A stretch of 64,000 nt of DNA from positions 62,001-126,000 of the forward strand of contig JAQGDQ010000286.1 in the NCBI GenBank assembly GCA_030141605.1, given 5' to 3'. A program made the position numbers and the translations under genes. The notes below the pieces were generated by a model. The model ran no database searches. It had not been told where the DNA came from and saw only the letters and a program-made list of their open reading frames with translations. This stretch comes from Tubiluchus corallicola. Lineage: Eukaryota; Animalia; Priapulida. Positions 1-14,679 of this stretch are shown here, one piece after another; the first letter of the stretch is position 1, and every line of letters begins with the position of its first letter.

Positions 1-171
1 AGTTTGATTTTATTAGCTCCCCTGGTCTTTGTGAGGTGTTGCAGTTGGCAGCTTGTTGACACGGGCATTCGGGAAGATTTAGTTGAATTCGTTGAAAGAC
101 TTTGGAATAAAATTACAAAACTTTGGATTAAAATTGCAATTGAAAACTTGATTGAATTTCATTTAAACATT

Positions 172-700
172 TGCAATGTACAAATTGTTGAATACTATTA
201 ATTTATTTAACTAATATTATTATATAAATTAAAAATATTATTTATAAGATGCATTTCTTTGTTACTCACTCACGTTACAAATATACGTATGCAATGTACA
301 AATTGTTTAATACAATTAATTTATTAAACTAATATTATTATATAAATTAAAAATATTATTTATAAAATGCATTTCTTTGTTACTGACTCACGTTACAAAT
401 GTACGTATGCAACTTACAAATTATTTAATACAATTAATTTATTTAACTAATATTATTATATTAACATTATATTAATTAAAAATATTAGTAATACAATTAA
501 TTTATTAAACTAATATTATTATATAAATTAAAAATATTATTTATAAGATGCATTTCTTTGTTACTGACTCACCTACATCAGTATTTTAGTTATATGAATT
601 TTAATTGAGCGATTGATTAATTAAAAACATAATTAATTAAAATTGTAACTAAAATACTGATATACTGAGTCAGTAACAAAGAAATGCATCTTATAAATAA
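172..700. repeat. AT-rich ~118-bp tandem repeat (about 3.5 units) ending in a fold-back
   Basis: Unit TGCAATGTACAAATTG...ATGCATTTCTTTGTTACTCACTCACG recurs at ~172, ~290 and ~408, with a partial unit to ~571. 537-571 is the exact reverse complement of 666-700. Confidence 0.85.
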
Positions 701-1659
701 ATTGACGAGTGGGTGAGTGAATGAATGAAAGAATGATTAATGAGTTAATATATGACAAAATAATTAAACAAACTAATAGAAAATAAAAGGATGAATGAAT
801 GAGTAAATGAACGGAAAAACGAATGAAAATATAAATAAATAAATAATTGGATATGAAATGAATAAACTATTCAGTGCATCAATAGATCGTTGAAATCGGC
901 ATCATAATTAATGAATAACAGTTATTCAATTCTAACCTGTTTCAACAAACATGTTAATTACAAAAAATTATTAATGGCCGTTACGTATTCACAAGCTGTA
1001 GACCTAAATAAAGATAAATCATTTAAATTATATAAAGGAACGGCAGCATCTGTTTTAGAACAGCCCTGTTTTGGACATTACATTACTTTGCATTATGTTG
1101 CAGTTTTCAGACTTTTTTTTAAGAATCATTAAGAATTTAAAGATTCCGTGAAGAATTCAATGAATAAGACACAGCTGGTGCAACAGCGAAAACGATTCTA
1201 CTTTAGATACATTGCTGAAGGCATGTTTGGAATGCCTAAACAGTCCATGAAAAAGCAGTGAACCTTCACGTGTTCAAACAAGAAATCACCGTCGGTACAA
1301 AAAGATGCTCCTGTTTAAATATTGGTCTGTCATAAAGGTTGTCATATAATGAGGAAAGAAGTCTCACGCCCGCTATTCCAGAATGCGTCTGGCTTGGGCT
1401 CACTCGGTAAACAATGCCAGTCAAGTTTCGCCAGACGAATCGCGGGCTGTGTTTACACGTCCCATGACGCTCAGTGTGTATCAATGAAAGAGAAAATATA
1501 TTTTTATATTTTGCATCTAAACCTCTAGGCCCAGCTGCAGTTTTTTTGGGGTGTTGACACATCTACTTGGTATTGACACAAGGAAAATTATATAAAGAGG
1601 TGTAAGAGTGTAGTCTATACGAATGCTATACGAATGCTATTGATTCTTGAAGTTTCCTG

Positions 1660-2215
1660 AATTGCAGTAGACCTAAAGTTTTCCATAAGTACATAAGTAC
1701 CTTAGGTTTTTTAATAAGTACATACAGTAGGCTTAACGAATTTCAAATGTACAATAGACTTTAGGTATTTAAAAATACAATAGTCTTAAAACCTTTTTGT
1801 GTACAGTAGACCTAGTAGCATCTTGGGTTTTCAAAAAAGCTAAATGATTTCAGAAAACTTTCATGGCAAACGTAAACGTTTTCAAAAGTACTGTAGAATT
1901 TAGAGTAACTTGGTTGAATTTGAGATTTTCAAAGTACAGCTGACTTGCGTGTTCTCAGATGTATATACATCAGACTGAAAATTTTCATATATAGAGTAGA
2001 TTCGAAAGTACAGTGGACCTTAAAAAGTGAATAGACCTAAAAAATTCTCAAAAAAGCAGTAGAGTTAATGACTTTAATGTGCAGTTTTCAAAAGTAGATT
2101 GGACACAAAAGCTTTTCAAAAGTACAGTGGGTCTAAAAGTTTTCAAAAGAAGTCAAATTTTTAAAAAAGCACAGCATACGAAAAGCTGTCAAAACTGCAG
2201 TAGAAAATGTCAACA
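1660..2215. repeat. Degenerate ~27-bp minisatellite (consensus approx. TTTTCAAAAGTACAGTAGACCTAAAAG)
   Basis: Repeated AAGTACAGT(A/G)GA(C/T) and TTTTCAAAA motifs with many substitutions. Confidence 0.6.
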
Positions 2216-2647
2216 ATTTTGTTAAATGACAAAGTGATAGTGTTTTCTTAACTCTTGTGAGTAAACAAGTACGACAACTGTAATTATCTGTCATTCAAAT
2301 TGCAATTAAACTACTGTAATACTAGGACAAGTGAACGGCATAGACTGTATTTATTTGTCAGTTTATTGGTTCATGCTGTCCTTTGCTCATTCGCTCTGTC
2401 TGTCGTGTATTCGTTCGTTCAATAACATTGAACATTTTTTCCCGTTTTTGTTCTTGTTTGTTCTTTAACAACAATTTGTGTGCTGGCTTGTTTACTTGTA
2501 CGTCAGTTATTTAGGCGTTTGTTTCATGTTTATTTGCAATACAATTTACCGTTATAAGACAAAAAACGAGCTCAGGTTATGATTGGACATCAGAAAAATG
2601 TCTCATTCAGTGACATTTATTTCGTTTAAATAGGTACGTTTTACAAA

Positions 2648-3391
2648 ATCCAGGTAAAAAGTCAGAGGTAAAAGACCCATGGGTAAAAGAGCCACAGAAA
2701 AAGTCACACAAAAGGCACGAAAAAAGAAACAACACTAGCCCTAACCCTACCCTTAACCCTAACCCTAACCCTACCCTTAACCCTAACCCTGACCCTAACC
2801 CTACCCTTAACCCTAGCTATAACACAACCCCTTACCCTAACCCTACCCTTAAGCCCTAGCTATAACGCAAACCCTAACCCTAATTCTAACCCTAATGATG
2901 ACCCTAACCCTATCCTCGACCCTAGCTATAACACAAACCCCCAACCCCAACCCTAATCCTAACCCTAATGATGACCCTAACCCTATCCTTGACCCTAGCT
3001 ATAACACAAACCCCAACCCTAATCCTAACCCTAACCCTAACCCTCCCCTTTTCCCTAGCTATAACACAAACACTAACGCTAGCCCTAACTCTAACTCTAA
3101 CTGTAACCGTAACCTCAACCCTAACCTTTAATCCTAACTCTAACTCCAACCGTAACCCTCAACCCTAACTTTAACCTCAACAACAACATTAACTCTTAAC
3201 ACTAACCCTTAATCCTAACCCTAGCTTTAACCCTAACCCTAACAGTAACACTAAGTAACCACGAACCCTAACCCTTAACCCTAACCCTAACTCTATCACT
3301 AACCAAAATTAATTGTGTCTATTTGGTGAAAAAAAATTTCCATTGAGTTTTTCTACTGTGAGTTTATTATTATAGACCTATTTTCCTAGAT
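2648..3391. mobile_element. Non-autonomous DNA element (MITE-like) with a degenerate (CCCTAA)n core
   Basis: Left end ATCCAGGTAAAAAAGTC and right end GACCTATTTTCCTAGAT are imperfect inverted repeats. Short sub-terminal repeats (GGTAAAA..GTCAC/GCCAC) flank a TAACCC-type array at 2738-3305. Confidence 0.6.
2738..3305. repeat. Interstitial telomere-like (CCCTAA)n degenerate array
   Basis: CCCTAA/CCTTAA/CTCTAA hexamers interrupted by a recurring CCCTAGCTATAACACAAA unit. Confidence 0.9.
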
Positions 3392-3880
3392 ACTAGAGCT
3401 ACGATTAAAATTCAAAAAGTTAGAAAGTTTTTCGATTACCAGCCATGCCACTTGGTTGCCAGTTGATGTGCACATACCAGCTCATCCATCTTCGCCGATA
3501 CATTAAGAACAAAGCTCATATCTCTTCACACAGCCCAGGCAAACATTTCATAAAAGACTCCATCATAATCTTCTGACAAAAATTGAATGTTGTTAAATTA
3601 ATGTACCCAGGCTGGTGAGTTATATGCTGCAGTTGGGTTATTATTGATCACTGGCAACGTTGTTTTCTCTGATAACCTTGCTTTCATCTTCCTCGTATGT
3701 AGATTGTGTGTGAATGTAGGGAATAGAGTATTTGATCTTACAGCTTGTATGAGTCATACTCGCTAAAGTACGAGACACTTCTGCTGCGGTTGCTATGAGA
3801 GCAAAGATGGCTTTTAAGTTGACTTGCTGCATCAGAAAAAAGTTCTTCACTTTTGAGTGCGGGCTAGCTTCGGTGCATTC

Positions 3881-5220
<1,340 letters not shown>

Positions 5221-6363
5221 ATTCTGTTTGTCTATTCACTAGACAGTCAAACACGTGAAAAAGTCTCGTTCTAGCACTTGCTAAATTTCAACCTGGCAGT
5301 CTATGGCCTATTCAACAAGTAACACATTGTAAAAACACGCTTAGCAATTTATTCGCCGGATTAAACAGGCAAAAATGGATTTTGAACAAAAAACGTGGAG
5401 TCAGGGGTGAGTGTTTGGTTTAGACTAGACTATAAGTGTTTGATTTGCGTAAAACAAATTACCTATTACAACTCAGTAATCAACAGCTTAGTTTACCGTA
5501 TAATCAGTCTCTGATTCGTAGCAGTGTTCACACGTTATATAATCTATACGCGCACAGCAACCTTAAAGGCAACAATTTGCGCAAAATCCCTCAAAATGCA
5601 GCAAATTGCTGAATTTAGTCGATTTAATCCGTCAGTAATTTTATTATTTTAAGCGCTTAACGGGAAAAGCAAAAGCCATTTAATTATGGTAACATTTTAG
5701 CTGGGATAAAATCGCTGTTGAATCAACAGTTTACCAGACATTAAAGCGCCGATGTGTGAACGAGGGCTTAGTCAAGTATGTAAAAAGGCAAAAGTCGTGT
5801 TTTAAATTTCCGTCTGAATTTGTTGCGAACATGATTTATTTTGGAAAGTTATAAATATAAAAATGGCAGAAGCGCAATTGCAAGACATATTTAACTTGGG
5901 TATACTTTCAGCCATGTTTAACTCTAGTTCACTTTACATGTATGTAGTGCCAATGAAAGTAAAAATAACGCGTACACAATATGGGGCCAAAAACCGTCCT
6001 TGAAGAACACCAGCAATTCCACTTTTTTGACATCCACTGACTGTAGATTAGCACGTAGAACAACATTTTGTTTGCTATATATAAAAGATATTGAAACTGG
6101 CACAATTATATGATCTTTGTATATATAACCTATATGTAAAGAAGTAACATATCTCAATATACTACTTTTTGTTTTGCTTAAAACATTCTTTTGTGGATCC
6201 GTTCACCGCGTCGTGTGATGGTGTGATAAGTTTTAGAAAAATCATTTACTTCTAATAATAAACTGGCTTATTCGTTTTTATGATAATATTAAATCATATC
6301 ATTAATTTTATGATAATATATTATATATATATATATATATAATATATATATATACATATATAT

Positions 6364-6400
<37 letters not shown>

Positions 6401-6849
6401 TTTTAGCTCGAGTTCAATTTTATGTAAGATTTTCTTTGTGCATGTTTTCAATTTGACACGTTTAAATTCACTTTAATCAGTTTAGTAAGCTGTCTTCGTG
6501 TACTTTGTATATATTTATATATGCACCATTGTTTATCTAGTTAATTCGTCAAAGCATCTTCCCTGCAAATAGAGTGGGTATTTTCGTATTTGTAATTATT
6601 TAGTACATGTATTGTATCTGTATATGTATTGTATACATATATTGTACATATATATTTTGTACAAATATATAGTATAAATAAAACATTTTGAATGAAAAAA
6701 ATTGGTGTGATGCACTTCATAAGACGTTTATTTGCGCACAGTAAGTAACTGTGTTCAAAAGTATTTTTTCTTATTTTTCTTACATTATTTAATACTACAA
6801 ACTTATGATTAGCTATCAATGAAATCGACAGGCCATAATTTTTGTATAC

Positions 6850-7495
6850 CATTCACAACTATACAGTAATACATACTTTGAACATAATAAAGTATGAGCA
6901 AAAGCTGAAGAGAAATACTTCCTGATACTTATAAAAAACCGCAAAATATAAATTTTTTAATTTAATACAAATTATTTTGCAAAAGTACACGTGTGGTTCG
7001 TTTTGCCGAAGACATTACCCACTCATCAATAGTATCCATTATAACTCTCTACTGAAAAGTCTGCATTTTAATACTGTTTAAGAAATGAAATCGACGACGA
7101 ATTACATAAAATGCCCATATTACAATGATCGTAGAGGAAAATTATCTAATCACATCTACGTAATTAAACCAGAATTTTTTCTTATGAACGATGCTGATAA
7201 ATTTTTATTCTTGATGGGAAGTAATTAAGACACTTATCGATTATGTTGAAAACGCGTTTTTAAGACATGATAAACAATATACTATGTAATCATCATATCG
7301 TTAAAATTGAGGTCAGATGAGTGATAATTTATTTTGAATACTAAACATTAAGCTCTTCATTTAAATAACTAAAATAAGTAACAGGATCGATTATATGATA
7401 TTTGTTTTATCAGTAATTGTTTTCATTGTCTGCGATGTCACTATATTCAAAATTTGAAATTGTATGTATTTTAGCACTAATAAATATGAAGTGAA
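6850..7495 (+). mobile_element. Degraded 3' end of a non-LTR retrotransposon (CR1/L2-group-like ORF2 C-terminus and 3' tail)
   Basis: 7075-7228 translates, with one frameshift, as CLRNEIDDELH / KCPYYNDRRGKLSNHIYVIKPEFFLMNDADKFLFLMGS. This matches the C-terminal C..EDExH...CPxYxxxR motif of LINE ORF2. The tail ...GCACTAATAAATATGAA at ~7475 has a related copy at ~22345-22430. Confidence 0.7.
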
Positions 7496-9032
7496 ATATA
7501 AAATATGTAAGATAGATGTATTTTTATATACTTAATGTATACATATTATATTTCTGTACAAACCTGTATGAGATGAATAGAAAATTTCCACTTTTCTATG
7601 TATGCCAGAAGCTGCTACAGTATTGAACAGGTTAGCCAGGCATAAGCTGACTGCACAATTTCCTGCAATTTCTGCATCAATTTAAAAGCTGCAAAGTGCA
7701 TCTTGGATTGACGTGCAAATGGCGTCGAATCCCCAGATGAGAAATTCCAACAGAAACGCTTCCCGAATAGTTTTGACAAAACAATCCCCCGTCCCGTGAA
7801 AATATTTATCCTTGAAGCTTCGGGAAAGTGTTAAAATGCTTTGGGACGCTGGTCTCTGCTATTACAGCCCCACTCGCTCGCACACTCGAATGGCATAATG
7901 CAAATTTCCTATTCACAAATATTTAAATTTAGGATTTGCAATGATTTCCTCTGTGGCATATTGACTCTCTCATTAAGACTACTCCATAATGAAGAGTGGA
8001 CAATCGCTAATGCATTATTATAACAATAATAGAGAAGCCTTTGCATTTTGCCTACGCAAATAGGGCATATTGTGCTAGGACTCTCTGTGCTACTTTGTCT
8101 GGCTCCAGACGGGCCTACACTTCATCTTACACGCTGTAATCCGACTTAGACGACGGTTTTTCTGAGCGACTTGAAGAGGAAATTATGGTGTTAATGCTGT
8201 TAGCGCTTAAATTATTAAAACAGCGCTAGAACAAGGATTGTTTTTGCAGCTTAAGCTGTTCAAGGAAACCCAACAAATGACTCTATTAATACAATATTCA
8301 AATAGATTGGGCTTCATTTGCTCAGGCCTAAATCTATTACTGTTTAAAGGGGAAGAAAACGCAGTTTTAAAATACATCAAAATAGAACTTGCTGAAGACC
8401 TTTTTCGAATAAAACCGTTCATTATCAAGGCATCTAAAACAAAAAAATTACCAGAATTTTGAAACAACATCGAAATACAATTCAGTTTAAACATAATTTA
8501 TTATAGGATTGGATCAGACAGTGTGAACAAAATGATTTAGGATCCTCACCACAACAAACTTTATACACTATTTACAAAAACATTTGCAGTAAGAATTGAC
8601 TATAACTACACAAGCTGACAAGTTTTACTACAAGATTACATTAGACATTAGTAGAAAATGATGGTTATAAAATATTAATGTACGAATATTTAAGACTGAT
8701 GCATTTCACATCAGATAGAAACTACTGGAAGCGTTTAGTACGTAATATAAAGTCATGTGTGCATTGGAATCTTTTACAGTTAGCAACATAGTTAAATTCA
8801 TCTTTTCCGAACAATAACAACTTCAACAGATCATTAGTTCCTAGCTACATTAAGGTTTTCGGGCAGAAATATAATTCAGTAAAAGATATATGATGTAACA
8901 TTATATAGATAATTAAACAATTTATCTTACAGAATACATATCTTGGTTGGTATGAAAAGATACCATGTGTCTTTTGGCTACTGAATTGTATTTCGATGTT
9001 GTTTTTAAATTCTGGTATTTTTTGTTTTAGAT

Positions 9033-9073
9033 GACTCGATAATGAAGAGTTTTGTTCGAAACCGGTCGGCAGT
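9033..9073 (+). ncRNA. Degenerate Penelope-type minimal hammerhead motif
   Basis: ATAATGA-A-GAG-TTTTG-TTC-GAAACCGGTC. It has the typical palindromic ACCGGT stem III and a GUC site, but the CUGAUGA box has 2 mismatches. Confidence 0.35.
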
Positions 9074-9453
9074 AAATTCCATTTTGACGTAGTTACATTT
9101 ATTTGCCAAATATGGATAAATCAGTTTTAAAATATGTCTCATAGAACTTTCTTTTACCACTTAGCACTACGCGTACCTGTGCGAAACACATATGTGACTT
9201 AAAACGTAAATTCTTAGTAATTTAAAGTGTTAGCGGACCAATAGACATTACGTCACTGGCTCACTATCCCAGCATGCACCAAAAAACGTCACTGATTCAC
9301 CACATACACTATTAATCGTATTGACAAGATACAGTAATATAAACTTTACGTAGTTACTGCCGCTTGCGCTGCAAATGCCTTGGTTACTTTTTCGAACTTT
9401 ACGTGATGTCATCTGAACTTGTTTCAAACGACTTTCTGCTAAAATGGCTGTGC

Positions 9454-9634
9454 TTAAAGGAAGACATAATGATTTTTCATATATTACCCCATTTTCAAGT
9501 CTGTTAAAAAGTACAATTTGTGTGATAACAATTCTTTCATGTAAGTCATTTTTGAAAAAATAGTATGTTTCCTTTATATATTTTAAAGTGTAGATAGTTT
9601 TAACCTTCAGTTTAATATTGGGTCCGGTTTTGCT
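9454..9634 (-). mobile_element. Internally deleted copy of Kolobok-like MITE family A
   Basis: Starts TTAA-AGGAAGACA..ATGATTTTT and ends ...ATTGGGTCCGGTTTTGCT, so both termini of the ~620-bp family are present in ~180 bp. Confidence 0.7.
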
Positions 9635-9659
9635 CCTCTTTTTCATTTTTTTTTGTATT

Positions 9660-10410
<751 letters not shown>

Positions 10411-10909
10411 ACACTCACGTGAACTAAAACTTTTTCTTCAGCGGCAAATTACACAATGACAATGGAAGGGGTTAAAGTCTAATCAACTCGAGTAATCAGT
10501 TGGGCAATTACATATGAAACAGAAATCCAGTTATAGTAGTTGTAAAATTCCAGACAAACATGGCGGCTTTGTGCAAAACATTTGTAATTGCATTGTTCTG
10601 CAGTGATAAATATTTTGCATGTATTTGCAATTAATTGCATCGCAGCAAAAACTTGAACAAATTCTCGATTTCAACTGAACAAGCTATTTAACGTGGGTGG
10701 CTAATTGGACATCTGCATTGTGTGGCAACTTTGCGGGTGTTTGAATGGAACAAAACAAACAGGAAGAAAAAATCTAAGTTTCAAGAGACAATTGGGACTA
10801 ATTAGTTAATTGGCAGTGTAACTCAAACATCTTTACTACTCTTAATTTCATGCAAAACAAAGTCAAGTTCAAAGGTTTTGCGAAAATAAAGACTTGTTGC
10901 TTCGTTGCA

Positions 10910-11317
10910 TCCCTTTTTTCAGTCTGTCTGTTTGTCTGTCTGTCACTCCATCGTTCTCTTTCTCTGATTGTTTTCCTGTCTCGTTTCCATCTCCATCTTG
11001 CTATCCTTCCTCTCATCTCTTTCTCTTTCTCTTTCTCCTCTATTTCTCTCCCTTTCTCTCTGTCTCTCTCTCTCTCCATTTCTGTCTCACACATGGTTCT
11101 CATTCTCTCTCTTTTTCTCCGATTTCTTTTCCTCTGCCTCTCTGTTTTCCACAATCTCTCTCTCTCTCTCTCTCTCCCATCTTTATCCTATCTCCCTTTC
11201 GGTATCTTTCCTCGCTCCTCTTTCTTTCTCTCTCTCTCACTCCATTTCTGTCTCACACATGGTTCTTATTCTCTCTCTCTCTTTCTCTCCGATTTCTCTT
11301 CCTCTGCCTCTCTGTTT

Positions 11318-11362
<45 letters not shown>

Positions 11363-11418
11363 ATCTTTTTCCTATCACCCTTTTGGTAGCTTTCCTCGCC
11401 CCTCTTTCTTTCTCTCAC
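10910..11418. repeat. TC-rich low-complexity tract with an internal ~170-bp direct duplication
   Basis: CTCCATTTCTGTCTCACACATGGTTCT occurs at ~11073 and ~11240. Confidence 0.9.
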
Positions 11419-11850
11419 AGCCACAAATTATTTTTTACGAAATTTTTAGAAATTTTATGAGAAATCATTTTTAATGCTGACAGATCGTCTCTTGAAAAAT
11501 TCTTTCAATTTTCCTCCGCGCTGCCAATTTTCTTTTTTCTCGTTTACCTTTCGAAAGATGTTTGTACAAGGACAGGTAAAACAGGGCGCGAGTAATTGCC
11601 CAGGTAAAAGTACACCAGGTATGACCTTACCTGATAATTGTTGATTATAGTAAATTATACAGGTTGATTGTCACACTGACGTATTTCTCGTAGATAATGG
11701 CTGCCGAAATTAATACAATTTTTTAATAAAGTAATGAATCTTGAAAATCATGTTTTAAACTGGGTAAAATGATGAAAGTGATTGTGTATGTGAAAGAGTA
11801 ACTGTGACTGCTGCTACTCTGTCGTTTAATTTATTTTTCCTGCAGCAAAA

Positions 11851-11883
11851 GCTCCCTCTCTCTCCTTCTCTCTCCTTCTCTCT

Positions 11884-11938
<55 letters not shown>

Positions 11939-12280
11939 CTCTCTCAATCTCTCTTTCTCTCTCCCTTTGCTTTCTTTTTCCTCTCTCTTCCTTTCTCTCT
12001 CTCTCTCTCTCTCCTCTCTGTGTGTCTATCTGTCTGTCTGTCTGTCTGTCTGTCTCCTTCCTCCCCCCTCTCTCTCCTATCACTCTCTCTTTCTCCTCTC
12101 TCTCTCTCACGCTTTCTCTCCCTCTCCTTCTCCTGTCTCTCTGTCCTCTCTCTCTCTCTCTGTGTCCTCTCTCTCTCTGTGTGTGTGTCCTCTCTCTCTC
12201 TCTCTCTCCTCGTTCTCTCCCTCTCTCTCTCTCCCTCTCTCTCTCCCTCTCTCTCCCTCTCTCTTTTTCTCTCTCTTTCC
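11851..12280. repeat. (TC)n/(TCTG)n microsatellite tract
   Basis: Directly visible. Confidence 0.97.
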
Positions 12281-13664
12281 ATTTACAGCGATTTGATTTG
12301 ATTTAATTAGCAATTAGTTAACTGTGAAGTTGATAAAAATCTGTTAGTTTTAATATAAGTTTTAACAGAATCGTAATGGCAAATATAAAGTCCGATCACA
12401 AAAAAACCATCGCCGGCGTTTCGCAACAGTAAAACCCATAATGGTTGATTTACACGAGCCAAAATTTTTGCACATTGGTTGGACAATCCAGGAGCTGCAG
12501 CTCTGCATAATTACGACTAATCTACCGCCCTGATCGCCAGTAGTTAGTCCTATTTGTGTGCGCACTAATTTTACATTTGATGTAATACTAACTAGCACAG
12601 GGGATTGTACTAGACTTTAACCACAGGGCAAATATTTACTATTGGTATTAGCTTTTATAAGCTCTGATCTAACTCAATGGGATAAGGCATCGGTGCTCTT
12701 AATGCTCAAGTTGCCCATCGATTTGACGGTTACATAATTTTGTTGCACAATCTTCATGTTGGGAAGACAAATTAATAATAAATAAACGTGGTAGATAAAC
12801 AATTACCTGATTATTTATTTATTATTTTAGTTTCGTGTCCTACATTTAAAGTACATAGCATTATATAATACAATAAAAATAAAATACAAATTAAAAAACG
12901 TTCAGTAATACCATAAAATTACGATAGAAACTAAAAAAATACTTATATATATATATATATATATACAAACTTACCCACCCAGACATAAAACATTAATTTT
13001 TCATATATTTAAAGCAAATAGCATTATATAAAAATTGAAATAATTGAAAAAGCACTCAGTGATACTATAAAATTATGATAGAAACTACCAAAATACTTAC
13101 AGATATACATAAATATATATGTATATATACCCACCCAGACACAAAACATAAATACACAAGACAAATCATTAAAAATACAATGTACAGAGGCATAAAAGTC
13201 GCCTTTAAAATGGTAAAAGATGATGATTTCATAGTGGAAATTTATAATTCATCAGTCATATAATTAGGTATTTCTGCCGGCCAATTTATAAACGATCCTG
13301 TTATCTTTCGTGTAATAACATCAGAGTTAAGTATATTAAAATTTCCAAATTTTTCACATATGCTGCATATTGCCAAAGTGTTGAAGCGCCTTCGAAACTT
13401 GTACTAATTTCTGTTATAGAAGAAAGAGTTGCACTCTATATGCGTGCATGATAAACTCGCAAATGATTACATTTGTGCTAGATGTCCTGCCTGTCTTTGC
13501 TTTTTAGACGGAACAAAAATCCCTTGTTAAAGCTAAGCACTTTATTCTGCTATATAAAGCATTGCAGCATGATTATCGGTGCCCTCTTTCGTGTGTTTCG
13601 AAAAGAAGTGGCCAACAAAAAAAACAGACTGCACATGTGTTTTGGCCTAACTACTACCCGGATC

Positions 13665-13780
13665 AAACTTCGAGGTGTGAGACAAGGATGCATCCTTGGA
13701 CTATATCTATTTCAAGTTTATATTACTGATTTTATTTCTACCATTTTAGAATTATGCCTAGTTTGCACTGACGATTATCA
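13665..13780 (+). pseudogene. Non-LTR retrotransposon reverse-transcriptase fragment
   Basis: LRGVRQGCILGLYLFQVYITDFISTILELCLVCTDDY resembles the LINE RT motif GVxQGxxLxPxLFxxYxxDL...(F/Y)ADD, in degenerate form. Confidence 0.75.
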
Positions 13781-14064
13781 ATCACTTATCTTGCGCAGAC
13801 GACGTGATAATAACTTGCAATAACGTAGATTCTGATCTAATTGTTTTATTTAGTAACATATTGAGCAGTAATTATTGTCAGCTTATGATATTTTTAGTTT
13901 ATGTAATATAATAATTGTATGTATATTCTCTTGTGTTTTATTCTAGTGTATATGCAAAGCCTTACTAGTCCTTAGTAAATTATTAGGATTATATAGTGTA
14001 GTTAATGTAGCATTTTATACGGTTAATAAAATAAATTGAATGTTTGCATGCTCGACTATTATGA

Positions 14065-14614
14065 TTAAAGGGGAAGTCAACTAAGTCTTCTGGAAAGTTA
14101 GGTTACTCCAATGTTTGCGAAGAATGTTAGAAGGATTTAGTTATAAAGGTGTGATAAGCGCCTCGTGTAATTAGTAAAATCAATTTAAAGTCGCCATCAC
14201 TTCATGCTTTGGCGCTCCTATTTTCAATGTCATTCTTCTTCCAATGACGTCATTCTTCTTGAAGAAAAGTAGCGCACTGTCGAGCTTCATCAAAACTATA
14301 ATAAGTTTTTACAAAAAAATATGATAGCTAATTTTGCAATATTTCTGCATGAACAATAGGTAAGCTGCAAAAGTTTGAATTAGTTTAAGCAGCGAGCGCT
14401 AACGGAAAGTCACGAAGTCTCCCAATTACGTCATAATTTTCAAGTGAATGGCGGCAACCACCACGCCTGGAAATTTCTATTCAGAGGTAGTTTGTTTTAT
14501 GTTTATGCTTTATAGACAGTTTTTGCAAATTTCTTTGTTATATTTTTCTAAGTTTACAGTAAAGATAACAGTAAAATAAACCCAGCATACTGAGTGACTT
14601 GTTCTTTGCTTTAA
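14065..14614. mobile_element. Kolobok-like non-autonomous element (second family)
   Basis: Bounded by TTAA-AGGGGAAGTCAAC and GTGACTTGTTCTTTGCT-TTAA: TTAA target sites, AG...CT termini, and an imperfect AAGTCA/TGACTT terminal inversion. Confidence 0.5.
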
Positions 14615-14679
14615 CATTCACAAGGAATATACCGAGTTATTGTTGTCCGTGTTAGGTTTAGTCGGTACTTTATATCATT

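Noticed and set aside
2738-3305. True telomere or chromosome-fusion site
   Set aside because: Degenerate, single orientation, internal, and bracketed by element-like termini.
3641-3850. 69-aa minus-strand ORF (also 1266-1562, 8238-8462 and 12362-12598) as host exons
   Set aside because: No recognisable domain, no convincing splice sites and no partner exons; cannot be supported without RNA data.
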